A stretch of 63,497 nt of DNA, filler included, from Dirinaria sp. TL-2023a (lineage: Eukaryota): the NCBI GenBank assembly GCA_051941275.1. It is 9 parts of 9 records of this genome, joined end to end, with 100 filler letters (N's around TTAATTAATTAA, not from the genome) between each part and the next. Parts side by side here need not be neighbours in the genome. Positions count along the whole stretch, not along the records: positions 35,427 to 42,382 come from JAVEBF010001384.1; positions 42,483 to 49,427 come from JAVEBF010001385.1; 7 more parts are not named here. One strand, written 5' to 3'. The position numbers were made by a program, and so were the translations under genes. Below are positions 37,250 to 49,527 of this stretch, one piece after another. Numbering within the stretch: position 1 is the stretch's first letter; every line of letters begins with the position of its first letter. The notes under the pieces are model-generated. The model saw only the letters and a list, made by a program, of their open reading frames with translations, did no database searches and was not told where the DNA came from.

Positions 37250-39261
37250 TTAGTACTCTCTGCTATCCACAATAACGTGCCCAGTATTCACCGTCTTAGG
37301 CGTAGCGGCACCAGGAGGCGAAGTAGTCGAAACTGGGCGGATGTTCTCTTTAATCAGAGCTACAGTCTCCGGGATATTGTACAGATCGGCGAGTCGCGAG
37401 AGTTGCATCAGGAGCCACCCTCGTTGACCTTCCCTTGTGCAAGGTGCTTCAATCGCAACTTTCAAAGGCCCAGTGTAGGGTTCTACCAAAATAAACCCCC
37501 CTACAGCAGCAGCCGCTCGACGATGGTCGGGACCAATCTTGGTATGGATATAAGGATACTCAACGCCAGGGTCGTCATAGGTGCCTGGGACCATTTTCGT
37601 ACCAAGATGGAAGGGAATGCTTGCGCAGATATCATCGACGAGGTCTTGGAGGTCTTTTGAGACCTCCTGCCTTTTGCTTGCCGCGATTCCATGACCTGGG
37701 ATACACAACGCGTCCAAGCATTTGAGTATGATGGTTAGAACTCTTATCTTCGTAACACGATACAAATTCCAGATCTGCAAGGTGGGCAGGTCTAGATAAA
37801 CGTCTATCGTGCCTTCGTACATAAATTGTTCTCGTGGTATGTGTTGGGGCGTCTCAAAAGATTTGGCAGCTGCCTTATGCAACTCTGGAGGTACAGAATC
37901 GGCCCATTCGAATAGCTGCTGGTTGACTTCAATAGCATCCGCTAAGAGTCGTGGGATCTGCGCTTGAAGTCTGTTGTTCCCCAGTATTGACTCGGCATCT
38001 CTGCGTAAGTCTATGAGGCCTGTGCAGACAAGATTCAGTCTGCTACCTGCAGTCTGAGGGACTCCATCTACCAGCGCCAGACAGTCAGCTAGATCGTTGC
38101 CAATTGCAACGGGCTCATCAAGAGCATGCTCAACCTTTGGGAAGTTAGCGCCCTCGATAGGTAGAGTCCCATCCAGTGGCCCTCTCAGACTTACGATTTG
38201 AGAATGGACAGCGTTGAAGAGCATCGCAGCGACTTTGGACTTGGTATTGAGCCTTTTGCCACGATGCTTTACCAGAGCGACGGCTCCAGCGTCATGCGAG
38301 CATGACATGCTCGCATTTTCCGATACTGCCATTATGCGCTGTCCTCACGAGTCAGTGACGACATTGAAAACATCTGTGTCTCTGAACGAGTAGTCCACCT
38401 GGCTGACTCGCACAAGCGATGCGGCTCTGTGGTCGCTTTTTGAGGACCACAAGCTTATTTGCTGGCCAATATCCTATCTGCAGCGGACTCCACACTTTTG
38501 TCTAATTTGTGACGCTTGAACGTACCTCGTATAAAGAAAGTAACAGTACGGCCATCAATGTCTCGTCGTTGACTGACTCCTGTGGGTCATTGATGGCTCG
38601 ACGGGTTGCTTTCAATGCTTTACCAAAGATACGCCGCGAGAGGATGCACTCTTCGAGATTCAGCGGGCTGCCTCCCACTACGGCTAGAGACACACAAGAG
38701 ACTGCTTGATGCAACAGCGATCCATGAGCGGTGACCCTGTAAAGGGGCAGTACGCATTCGAGAAAATTGCGCACTGTCTCAGGATGACGAGGGACGGAGA
38801 CGATGTGGCTGAAGAACATGCACACGGCGACATCTTCCCTGCTGGAGGGAGAGAGGTTGGGCAGCCAAAGTGGAGACGGCACAACCTCCCTCGCACATAT
38901 CTGTGATTGAATGGCCCTGATCGGCTTTGTGCTCGGGTGGCTCGATTCTGTCGATAGATCCGTTCTATTTCGTAACAACTTCCTCGCCTCGACCTTGTCT
39001 TGGGTCATACGGGTCTGATCTCGCAAGACCAGATCGAGGGGTTGTGCATATCCAGGGCAGATGCGCCTGCTCTTGACGCATTGCATGCATGATGGTCGAC
39101 CTTCGTCACACTGTGTAACGATGATACGTACGTTAGAAATGATGGGGACCTTCACACGGTAGATCGTGCGCCATTTGGGAGAAGAGATGCGATTGGCTTG
39201 CCTTGATCTTGCGCTTCTTACAGTTGACACAACCTGCACTTGGCTTTCCTAGATAGACCAT
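37250..39261 (-). CDS. Zn(II)2Cys6 transcription factor with fungal-specific C-terminal domain, complement join(37250..38134,38195..38338,38526..39110,39202..39261), ~557 aa
   Basis: MVYLGKPSAGCVNCKKRKIK/CDEGRPSCMQCVKSRRICPGY, DETLMAVLLLSLYE, HDAGAVALVKHRG, WNLYR and VDDICASIPFHLG. The first intron is GC-AG. Confidence 0.88.
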
Positions 39262-41083
39262 GCTTGCGATGTCGGCAAATCTGATGACCAATAATAACAG
39301 TGGCTGACGTCGACTTCGACAGCCATTCGCAGCTTGTTGAGCTTACAGTACAAGTCTCCACCTGCCGTACCTTTACCTCCACTACTTGTAGATGTCGACA
39401 AGATGAAAGTTGCTGCCTCGAACTTTGATATCAGCCATAGTCCTCCTCGCTCGAGACAAGCGGTGTAGATGGCGGGCAATGATGGGGGTTTTCTGGTTGA
39501 TCCATGATGCTAAGCCTCAGCAGCACGTCGACCTGTTCCCGCCAATTGCGTCTCAGCTCCCAATCCTGATCAATCCTTTCACGATTCTTGTCCGAGTCGA
39601 GTGCCAAGCGCTGGCTCGTGGGCAGATTGAATTGCGAGATTCGGCTGTTGGTGCCGTCGGCCCAATGCCAGCCCATTTGTTGACGCTAAACCTCAAAGGG
39701 AAAAGCTTGCGAAGGCGGGAATTCAGGAGTAAAAAGTGCGCTTATGAGATCATCTTCTAATCTTGCTTTAACTTCGCCTTCCTTCAGTCTAAACGATAAT
39801 AATGCCTGGGGTCATCGATAACCGAGGCCACGTCAGAAGTGATCGCAAGCTTCTGGTGAGCTTCGGGAAAACCGTCATACTGTAGAGAGATGGCGGTGGT
39901 CAGTTGTGCCCTGGCTTCGGAGTCCGTGTTCAGCCTCAATTGCGAGACGGAATCACGGAAGAGCAACGAGGATCTACAACCTGTTTGTATCGCAATTGAT
40001 AAGGTCTTCGCACACCGTTGCTCTACCGTAGAGGTACGACAATGATATTTTTGAGCGGAGTCAACGGATGTCAGTAGTGTAGTTGATGGCCGTACACCGT
40101 CTGTCGCTTCGCCTACTGTACTGGACTGATTGGGCAATATGTTGCGCTCGGGGGTGGTGCAATTAAAGTAGCCGTTGCTCCGGCCGTACCTGAAGGCAGC
40201 AGCCAGGCGAGCCAGGGTTTCATAGGGATTCCCAGGTGCACTTATCTTACCTCATCATTATTATTCTGCGGTCGGAACAACTAATAATGACCAGCGCAAA
40301 ATAATGCTGTCCTCTACCCTACGACACCAGGGTACGTACCTACTGGGAGAGCCCCTGGTGAGAGCCAACTTAGCCAAGTAGCGCGGAGCAGCAGCCCGGA
40401 GCAGCAGCCCAGGGCGGTGCAACCATTTGGCCTCAGCTCAAGCTTCTAGTGTACGAATCTTACTTCTACTTCCAGACTTACAAGTGTGTCGCGTGTGTGT
40501 CCACTGTTACCTCCGTTGAGTCCGTACTGTCCTGCCCGCCCCTGCTAATTCTCCTTCGGACAATGTTGCGAAACTAGCTCTTTGCTCTTCGGCCCCGTAC
40601 AAACAGACACAACGATACAAAAGCACAGCTCAACCCTTCACTTTCTAACATGAAATAATAAGACTACTCGCAACCAACAGTCGGATAATCCTCGACTCAC
40701 TTCTCCTGCTTAATTCTTCTTTTTTTATTTTTCCCCTCCTCTTTTCAGCCTTCCCCGACTTCGCTCCAAACGACCCTAGTGGCCAACCTAAGTCACTTCT
40801 CACAGCCCCGTCTGACACACATCCCATTTCAGGCTCCAGCTTATCTCATTCATCACCCCATACTTTACTTCCCGCCTCCGCTCCCTCTAATTGACTCAAG
40901 TGCTTTTCTTTCTCGTTTCATAACCTTCGCTTAGACCACCGTTGGTGGAACGCCTTGCCACCCAGCCTTGCGTTACCCGTCAAAGCGCCCATTGATATCT
41001 AGACCCTTTCGCCCTCTCATCCGTCTCCACATCTTGCACCTTTTCTCTCAAGTCCGCACGATTATACTATACAAGCCGCCAAA

Positions 41084-42049
41084 ATGGGGGGCAATGTGAA
41101 CGATGAATGCCTGAACGTCGACCCGAGCATCGGCTGCCCCGTCGAAGCGTCCATCTACGGGTACTACCCATCCCTGGGCGCGAACTACTTCTTCCTGGTC
41201 ATCTTCGCCATCTGCCTGATCGCGAACCTGATCGCGGGGATCCGATGGCGCACGTGGACGTACATGATCGCGCTGGGGTTCGGCTGCTTCGGCGAAGCGA
41301 TCGGCTACGTCGGCCGCGTCATGCTGCACCACAACCCGTTCGACGGCAACGGCTTCGACATCCAGATCTGCTGCCTGATCATCGCCCCGGCCTTCCTCGC
41401 CGCCGGCGTCTACCTCACCCTGAAATACCTCGTGCTGACCGTCGGCCGCGACTACTCGCGCATCCGGCCCAAATACTACACGTGGATCTTCATCCTGTGC
41501 GATCTCCTCTCACTCGTCCTGCAGGGCGCAGGGGGTGGCATCGCCGCCACCGCCAACACGAACACCTCCCAAGACATCGGCAACGACCTGATGATGGCGG
41601 GGATCGCGTGGCAGGTGCTGACGCTGCTCGTCTTCGGCATCCTCGTAGCCGACTACTGCATCCGGGCCTACAAGAACCGCGCCTCCTTCACGCCCGCCAC
41701 GGTGGCGCTGCTCCGCAGCCGCAACTTCAGGCTCTTCGCGGGCGCCGTCACGCTGGCGTATTTCGCCATCTTCACGCGCTGCGTGTTTCGTATTGCCGAG
41801 ATGGCGAATGGCTGGGCCAACAGCATCATGCAGGACGAGACCGACTTTATTGTTCTTGACGGCGTCATGTGCACCATTGCCGCCCTGTGCCTCACTTGCT
41901 TCCATCCGGGCTATTTCTTCACCCCGATGCAGACGTATAAGAAGAGTAAGAAGGCCGGTTTGCCGCTGTATGCGAGTGAAAAGACTGAGGGCAATGATCA
42001 TGGACTTGAGAGTCCGCCCACGAGCGATCCGTATGCGGAACGGGTTTAG
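41084..42049 (+). CDS. RTA1/RSB1-family 7-TM lipid-translocating exporter-like protein, 321 aa
   Basis: YGYYPSL, EAIGYVGR, QICCLIIAPAFLAAGVY, IFILCDLLSLVLQGAGGGIA, RCVFRIAEM, FIVLDG and FHPG. Confidence 0.93.
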   Translation: MGGNVNDECLNVDPSIGCPVEASIYGYYPSLGANYFFLVIFAICLIANLIAGIRWRTWTYMIALGFGCFGEAIGYVGRVMLHHNPFDGNGFDIQICCLIIAPAFLAAGVYLTLKYLVLTVGRDYSRIRPKYYTWIFILCDLLSLVLQGAGGGIAATANTNTSQDIGNDLMMAGIAWQVLTLLVFGILVADYCIRAYKNRASFTPATVALLRSRNFRLFAGAVTLAYFAIFTRCVFRIAEMANGWANSIMQDETDFIVLDGVMCTIAALCLTCFHPGYFFTPMQTYKKSKKAGLPLYASEKTEGNDHGLESPPTSDPYAERV

Positions 42050-42382
42050 AAGATATCTAAGAATGTCTGTTTTTTTTTGTGTGTGGAATAATTTCGATGG
42101 GGCTGAGATGAAAGAAGAGGAATCACTTGCATATAGAACCTATCATCATAAGCTTGAAAGTATTAGAGATGAAGAGAAATTTAGAGAAAGAGCCGTCTCA
42201 AATGGTGTTTTCATTTTTTATTTTTATTTTTTTTCCCTGGTAGTGGGGCTGCTGCTGCTGCGCCTGTGTAGCATTTGAGGCGTGTGCATAGGTCATTCAA
42301 GCATCATTATTAGCGAAAATTGTCATCGATATTGGATATCATTGCAGTTTGAAACTCTTACTTTCTTCTTGAAAGTCAAATT

Positions 42383-42482
42383 NNNNNNNNNNNNNNNNNN
42401 NNNNNNNNNNNNNNNNNNNNNNNNNNTTAATTAATTAANNNNNNNNNNNNNNNNNNNNNNNNNNNNNNNNNNNNNNNNNNNN
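42383..42482. other. Artificial contig linker
   Basis: N44-TTAATTAATTAA-N44. Confidence 0.98.
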
Positions 42483-43112
42483 GACATGCTCCGAGACTAC
42501 ACCTGTGCTGACAAATTTTCGAGAGATGAAGAAAATGGTCGTAGACAGCAGGAACTAAGCTCAGGTTAGCACGGATGCATGCATTACTGGATTGCATTCA
42601 GAGCGTACCTGAGCGACGATGCCTACTGCTACAAAGCCTTCGTATTTACCCTGCTCACTGAACGAGTTCCACCACTGCTGAACATGGAAAAGCCACTTCT
42701 TAGGTCCCTTACTCGGCGGTCCCAACGGCTTGAACGACTCATCGGTGACAAGCAACTTGCTCTGCTCGCGGCTGACGAGAAGGAGTTGCTGGTTCTGTGC
42801 TTGGAAGAGCCCGATTCCGATAGGCAGGTAAATGGACATGATCCAGAACTCGACATCGCACGGGTAATGTCCGTTAAGGGGGTAGGCAATAAAAATCAGG
42901 AAGAGATAGACATGGAGGATCAACAGAGATGCGATGGCAAGACCGATGTTGCGCATCTTGATGATCGGGTGTTTGCGATAGTACCAGACGATGCCACACA
43001 TCGAGTAGAAGATGATCGAGTACAGCGTAGCGACGACGATATATGATATGCCGAGGCCATCGTAATTGTACTTGTCGCCCCAGTCGTGTCCATTAGGGTT
43101 GGTGTAGACCAT
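42483..43112 (-). CDS. N-terminal part of a GprK-like membrane receptor (fungal class VI GPCR, RGS-type), 3'-truncated; intron 42555..42608
   Basis: DGLGISY..IKMRN..LHVY..YPLNGHYPCDVEFWIMSIYLPIGIGLFQAQN with multiple TM helices. The RGS part is not in the window. Confidence 0.75.
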
Positions 43113-46052
43113 CTTGGCTTAGCTTGAGACGATGTTGTAGATTCGAGTACTTTATGCTCTGAGTTCGACGGTCAGTATCGAGTATGAAGAGTTCAAATTG
43201 TCATGCCTACCAACCGAGAGCCTTTTATTTCTGTCAGTGACAATCAAATGCCAAAGGAGCGTGAGTGCAGGACGAAAGGTGGTAGGTGAAAAGAGGGGTT
43301 GGAATGTTGAAGTGCGCGGTAAAAGTGAATTAAAGGTGAATGGAGATCACCAGCAGTGGGTCACGCGTACTGCTTTGATATTACTGTTTATGCCCTGAAA
43401 GGCGCGCTGTGGGCTCTGCAACCAAGAAGTAAAGCATACCAGCACCTGGCCCTTCCGGTTTGACACTGTCTCGGTGTTCAAGCCCACATCGATGTTGAAA
43501 TTCTCACTCTCGGAAGGGTGCAGAGTGAGAGACTGCCAATCTAGTTAAGAAGAGCAGGAAGGATGAAAGCGGCATGTCGACAGGTCACTATCGAAAAAGC
43601 CTGGTCAGGTCCAGTACGTCTCCCCTTGCATGGCATGGCCTGATGTCTTGGGTCAGTTTCCCAAAGCAAGGGCACGACAGATGTACTACTACTCTAGTAA
43701 CTCTAGGGCGATCGCACGCTACTTTCCAAAAGACGGGCGGAAGCTCGTTCCATTTCACGCGATCCATGCTAGAGAAGCGCTTAGCGGCATTTATACAGCA
43801 GCACTAATGAGCTGGGGAGGGACGCCATTCGATTAAAAGGCCCAGTCATGTCTCGTGGGCCCCTCGAGCTTCCTGAGCTTGTTAACCCAGCAAGTGTTGG
43901 CGCCGCCATCCCACTGTTCCCACCAACGCCATGCAGTCAAACGCCTGCTGAAACCGCTCCACTTCCGCCAATGCAGTTTAGCGCCCTCGTGGCAGCTCGG
44001 TACATTGGCTCCATCGGAATTCAAATGAAGTCTCGCACAGCGGCATATCACATTCAACCTAAATGCCCTTAAAGCTCGACTACCTCAATAGGGCCTTTTT
44101 TATTCCCCGGACTGCATACTTACCTTAGAAATTATTATGAATTGTGCTTTTAGCTAATTACCCTAGCCTCTGGCTTTTCGGATCTCGCTGGTACTGTGGC
44201 TCGTGCCAAGTGCGGTCTGGAATTCCCATTTTCACTCCACGCTGAAATTTGCTTTCCCGGCGTTCTCCACGTTGTGTGGCGGCCATGCACTTGGAGCTTT
44301 TGGTGGACCGTGCACCGAACGTCAATTATTAATGAAATGGTCAGTCATGTGATTTAGCTAACGGCCTTTACACATCGAATGAGGGAAGTACCTCGTACTC
44401 GAGCACTTAATACGTCGGGGGTGCCAGCCGCCTACTTGATTCTTTTATGCAAGCTCACAACGGCATCGTGAATGCTTGTACCGACACATGTACATATTAG
44501 ATCTTTGCTGTAGTAAATAAATCTCGAGGATGGAGGTCTATGTCGCTAAAGACCACTATGTCAAATGATCTAAATACACCGAAATTAATTAAGTTGGGCG
44601 GCATGTGCCCCCTCGGCCCCTGAATTGGCCCCAGCTAGGAGAAAAGCGATGCTGTGCCGGCCGGGTAGTAACGAGATACCTTAAGTTAGATTGCTCGATG
44701 GCCAATCAGAGCTGGCAAATCCCAAGGCCGGCACTCCAAAGAGTCCAAACTCTGCTATGTTAGCGCGCTCGAAGGTTTGGACCTAAGATCTGGATTCAAC
44801 GTTTAATGATCCTACCAGTACTAAGGTACGATGAAGTGCTCGCTAGTCACTACTGCTGATCCTTCTCAAGGGACTACGGCAGTCGGCCGGAGCCTCCTCC
44901 GTTCAATATTTGCACCTCAAGGACTAATGTAATACGACTCAGGGATTCAGGGAAACGAGGAATCGCGGGCGGCCAAGAATAGTACAATGCTGATCTTTTT
45001 TTTTTTTTTTTTTTTTTGCAGAGCGTTGTCTGCTTAGCGAGCGTCGATGTGCGTAGCAACCTCGAGTTACTCAAACGCACGTTAAAGACAACAGTGGCAT
45101 GATTTCAGCTGACCCTCTAACGAAGTCAGCCCTTACCATGCGCTGTTCGCTTCTACATTCGTGGAAATCGATAACGTCAGTCTTTAACGGCCACACGAGG
45201 TGGCGAGAATTTTCATCCGTGAAATTATGATGACGGGCGCAGAAGCAAGTTGGCATTAATTGCTCGGCGAATCGGTAAACTCGGGTGCTCGTAGCCGCTT
45301 CATCCGCGTTCCGAAGGAATTTGTACCCGTACTCGCAATCCGATCTTACTGTGGGAGTGATTCTCTTGAGTCCTTGACGAGCATATCCTTGAAGACTTCA
45401 GAGCGTGGTTTTCGTTCGGGTGCAACCCGCGTTCTTTCGAGCCCTTTCCCTCGTTGCGCCTATGCCCTTGTCCGCTGGTGCTGCCTGGGCCCTGGATCCG
45501 CCGGGATCCGACGCGCATACTCGAGAAGGGCACGGTAGCATCTTGAGCGCTAAATCGGTCATGACGTTGTCTACATTTCCCCTGGGGCACTGGTGTGTTT
45601 TGCTCGGTTACGTTTCCGTTGAACCTCAGCCGTGCCGATTTTTGATTTTCGTCGATGAAATATGTCCAATTAAGCCATGTTGACAATTTACCTGACCCTG
45701 AAGCTATGCATGAGAGCTGATGCTGATCCTCTGCCCGTACATGGGCGATGAGACTTTGCTCGTGGAATATACTAAGGAGGCTGCTCATGGCTCACGAATC
45801 GCGGAACTTCATAAGCTGACTCAGTGGGCTAGACTGGAGCTTCATCATGATGCGTACGTGCTTGCTCACATATTTGAAGCATATAAGTGCACCTTATTAC
45901 GTACGTATAAAAAGTACACTCTGCTGCGGTTTCTAACACAGAGAACAAAACTCTCGCTTTAGTGTAACAAAGTCGAATCAGCGACATCGCTCAAACAAGC
46001 CAGGACTCAGGTCCCAACATCCTCAATACCGGAGAAAGCTAGGTCTCTAGAC

Positions 46053-46340
46053 ATGGTTTCTTCAACCAGTCTCGACGGCATATTCAAGCAACTCGTCGAG
46101 CTCTTTGAAGCCAAGCTCGAAGGTGCATCAACGCTCGAAGTTGATACAGCGATCGGAAACAGAATGGACTACATGCGTAGCAAGGCAGAGTTGGACCAGG
46201 TGAATGAGGGACAGACTGCTATATTGCGTGTTATAAAGATCACCATCGATGAGTGGAGCCAATTGACAAAGGCGGAGAGGAGCGAGGTCAGAGAAGATTT
46301 CCGACACTTAATGGCCTTGTGTCATGGGGTCGGGAAATAA
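46053..46340 (+). CDS. Small orphan protein, paralog 1 (95 aa)
   Basis: TATAAAA at 45906. Shares QL..LFEAKL.G and TAI..MD..R with the 49036 ORF. Confidence 0.65.
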   Translation: MVSSTSLDGIFKQLVELFEAKLEGASTLEVDTAIGNRMDYMRSKAELDQVNEGQTAILRVIKITIDEWSQLTKAERSEVREDFRHLMALCHGVGK

Positions 46341-46791
46341 AGAGTTTTGTTTCTGAAGTTGCTGTTTTCGTTTAAGCAGAACCATGAATGCATTCTGAAA
46401 GAACGGATTTTCAAGGTCATACCGTGATCAAAGAAATATATCCTTATTGTGTTTCGAGCAACGCAAGGCCGGCACCCTTGTTCCTCCATGAAAGGAATGT
46501 CCCCTTCACAAAGCCGCATCGGATCGGAATCATACAACGAAGCTTATGTTCGAGGCTTAGTCCACTATTCGACCAATTGAGTCATTGCGGCTTATAGCTT
46601 CGATCAGTTTCGAGACATTCACAAAGGAGAGGTGTTATGACTCCATCCATCATGTAGACCACAAATTGGTATAAAAACCCGCAACCTCAACTGCAGATTC
46701 TCTCAGCCTGCACCACAAAACACCATCAGCACACGCCCCCAAAAATTCCTGAACCAAATATTTAAAACTCGACAGAAAGAATTCGCTCGCA

Positions 46792-47118
46792 ATGCCCCTT
46801 TCCCTTTCAAGATTTGAGAAAGCCGAGCTTGCAAAGTCGTTCAAGGCGCTTATTCCCTTGCTGGAAGACAAACTCTACGGCGACACCAGCACCGACCAAC
46901 CGATCGAGAAGCAGCTTAAGGCAATACGCGAGAACTGGCGATTTGAATGGTTGAAGAACAGCAATTACCGGCTCCTGAGCGACTTCGACAAATTGGAAGA
47001 TCTGATCGAGGACTGGAACTGGGACCCCCGGGAATCCTTCCGTGACGCGGAACAACAGATCGAACACATCATGTATCAGTACTGCAACGTCAAACTGAGG
47101 CCATCCACTGGGCGCTAA
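46792..47118 (+). CDS. Small orphan protein, paralog 2 (108 aa)
   Basis: TATAAAAA at 46670 and a CA-rich leader. LIPLLEDKLYGD and KLEDL..W match the 49036 ORF. Confidence 0.68.
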   Translation: MPLSLSRFEKAELAKSFKALIPLLEDKLYGDTSTDQPIEKQLKAIRENWRFEWLKNSNYRLLSDFDKLEDLIEDWNWDPRESFRDAEQQIEHIMYQYCNVKLRPSTGR

Positions 47119-48004
47119 ACAGACTCATACGGAAGGTATGCAGCGGATTCAAGGAGAGGTTTTCAGAGCTCATGCTTTGAGTGCTTGTTAGATGTAGCAA
47201 AGACATGCTTTAGCGACCTGTTACTCTCTGGATACGAAGCAGATTAAAGTCATGCAAATAAAGTCTACCTTATCTTTGAGGCCTCCTGTACCCTTTTTCA
47301 TTGATCGTCTCTGCTGCCTACTTGTCCTGTGGAACCCTTGTGTAATATCTAGCCAGAACTCGCAATGCCAAATAGATAGCAACCACTTTAGGTATCAGGA
47401 TCCCCTGGCTCCTGAGCCAAACCACCTCTCCACAGCCTCAAAACCCCCAAAGGTATTCCCATTGTCCGCCATCCTCTGTAGTGACAGAAATCGTGGAATC
47501 GATTCCTGAGTCTCGTTGCTTTGAAAACATGTATGTAAGTAATACCTTGTTAAGGGTTTCTTTGTTGTGTTTGTCGAAGATCTACATTACCTGCCCTGTC
47601 ACACTATCTACAGCCTACGGATACGCTAATTTATACTTCTTTAGGAATCTAGAATCATTTTCGGACTTAATTCCATAATTTCCCTTATACAAATTGCATC
47701 CATACGCGCTTAAACTCTTCCCAAATATCCCATTTTCTAACTCCACGAACAGCTCTCTCGCCTTGAGTTGTTCCTCTTCCACACGCGTCCAAACACTCTT
47801 CCGCCTATCTCGGACTCCAACAAACCCCGTTCGAACCTGCAATCTAGGTGGTTATGTTGTTGCTTCATTCAGCATAGGTGCAGTAGGTACTTTATGATTC
47901 TTAGGATATCATGCACAAGCACATGATTAACCATCAGTAAGTCAAAAACCATCTACACACGCCTCGTCCGCACGCAGAACTTAATCTCTACCTTAACCAC
48001 CTAT

Positions 48005-48469
48005 CTATTCCCTTCGATAATCCGCAGTATCAAACCCCAACATATCCATAATCCTTTCCGCAGCCTCGGTCCTGACCCTAAAAACTTGCTCTCCAAAATC
48101 ATATTCTATATCCGCCATTCCCAAAACATCCTTTACCAAAGCATTCATTTCCCGTAACTGTTCATCCATATCGACATACTGCGCCTGTTCATTCCCACCT
48201 TCTGTAGCAAGCTTATTCGAGTGGTCGCGCTCCAGCCAGTCATCGATCATGCTGTTGAACCTCTCCCAGAAAGGTTGGAAACGTTGAATGGGACTGCTGC
48301 CGCTGAAATCGGGATATGATTCCAAGAGGTCGAACTGTGTTCGGAGATTGAGATTTATATCGTGGTTCTCGCCGAGAGGGTTGTCCATGTTGAGTTTGCA
48401 TGTGATAAGGGTGATGAAGAATTTCACTTCGTTGTTGAAGGTGCGTGCTGAGGGTGGGAGCCGTGACAT
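48005..48469 (-). CDS. Small orphan protein, probable distant paralog 3 (154 aa from MSRLPP)
   Basis: TATAAAAA at about 48591-48598 on the minus strand and AAAATG context. FITLITCKLNMD..DIN..MIDDW loosely matches the family pattern. Confidence 0.6.
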   Translation of the reverse strand: MSRLPPSARTFNNEVKFFITLITCKLNMDNPLGENHDINLNLRTQFDLLESYPDFSGSSPIQRFQPFWERFNSMIDDWLERDHSNKLATEGGNEQAQYVDMDEQLREMNALVKDVLGMADIEYDFGEQVFRVRTEAAERIMDMLGFDTADYRRE

Positions 48470-49035
48470 TTTCGATGATTTGGGCGAGGTGGATAGTTTT
48501 AGGGGCTGGGCGGTAGGTTTCTGAAAGCTGTGGAAGATGGGGAGAGGAAGATTCTTGTTTTTAAAGGTGAGCGCTCCTGGAGTGGATTGATTTTTATATC
48601 TGCTTTTTTGCTTATGCGTCATCGAGCGGTCTATCGAACACTTATTCTCGAAGTCTCTCTGGTATTCAACAACCATGCACACTCACACGGAGCGATTGAT
48701 ATGAGTCTTTGTCGAAGATACCTTGCCTTCTGCGGAGAAACCTACACCTTGGGACTTGTGAGTCTTCAATTCCATTATACACATAGATCGTTCTAGATCC
48801 GCGCAGTGACTCTTCAAAGACAATACATATTCCATATGAATCATCTCCCAGTTTCGAGTTTCGAAGGTAAAGTGCATAAAAAGGCCTCCCTCCTCTTCCT
48901 CTGAACTTCTCCAACAAAACATCAAGAATATCAAAGCAATCTCTCAATACTCCAACCCCACCATCGAAAAAGCCCCCTACACCATCATCATCAATAACAT
49001 CAAATTCCTCTTCTCAATTTTCCAACATTCCAACA

Positions 49036-49422
49036 ATGGACAACTCCTCCCAAATCCAACCTCCACCTCCCCCCATGAGCTACGTCCTCGAACAGCTGAT
49101 CCCCCTCTTCGAAGCCAAACTCAACGGCGATATCGACACCAGCAACCTCAAATCATTCGGTTGTTGGCCCAACGTCACCGAAATCAATACGGCCATCGAA
49201 ACGAAAATGGACGAAGTGCGCGGCACTGAAGAATTTAGGGTGCTCCAAGCTGGAGGACATGATGAGCCGTTCATGTGGAGGTGGTGGAAATTGGAGGATC
49301 TGTGGAAGAATTGGGGGTCCTGGGGAGAGGGCGAGTACCCGGGTCGGGCATGGTTTAGAGAGACTTTGAAGGTTTATGATGTTATGTCGAAGACTCTGGG
49401 TCTGGAGGGGAGGCGGTGGTAA
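49036..49422 (+). CDS. Small orphan protein, paralog 4 (128 aa)
   Basis: CA-rich leader with ACAATG start. EQLIPLFEAKLNGD..EINTAIETKMDEVR..KLEDLWKNW. Confidence 0.68.
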   Translation: MDNSSQIQPPPPPMSYVLEQLIPLFEAKLNGDIDTSNLKSFGCWPNVTEINTAIETKMDEVRGTEEFRVLQAGGHDEPFMWRWWKLEDLWKNWGSWGEGEYPGRAWFRETLKVYDVMSKTLGLEGRRW

Positions 49423-49427
49423 ATAGG

Positions 49428-49527
49428 NNNNNNNNNNNNNNNNNNNNNNNNNNNNNNNNNNNNNNNNNNNNTTAATTAATTAANNNNNNNNNNNNNNNNN
49501 NNNNNNNNNNNNNNNNNNNNNNNNNNN
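49428..49527. other. Artificial contig linker
   Basis: N44-TTAATTAATTAA-N44. Confidence 0.98.

Noticed and set aside
47615..47842. Minus-strand 75-aa ORF inside the orphan cluster with faint resemblance (ELFVELENGIFG) to the family motif
   Set aside because: The similarity is too weak to call by eye and the ORF has no ATG start. It might be a decayed copy but this is unsupported.
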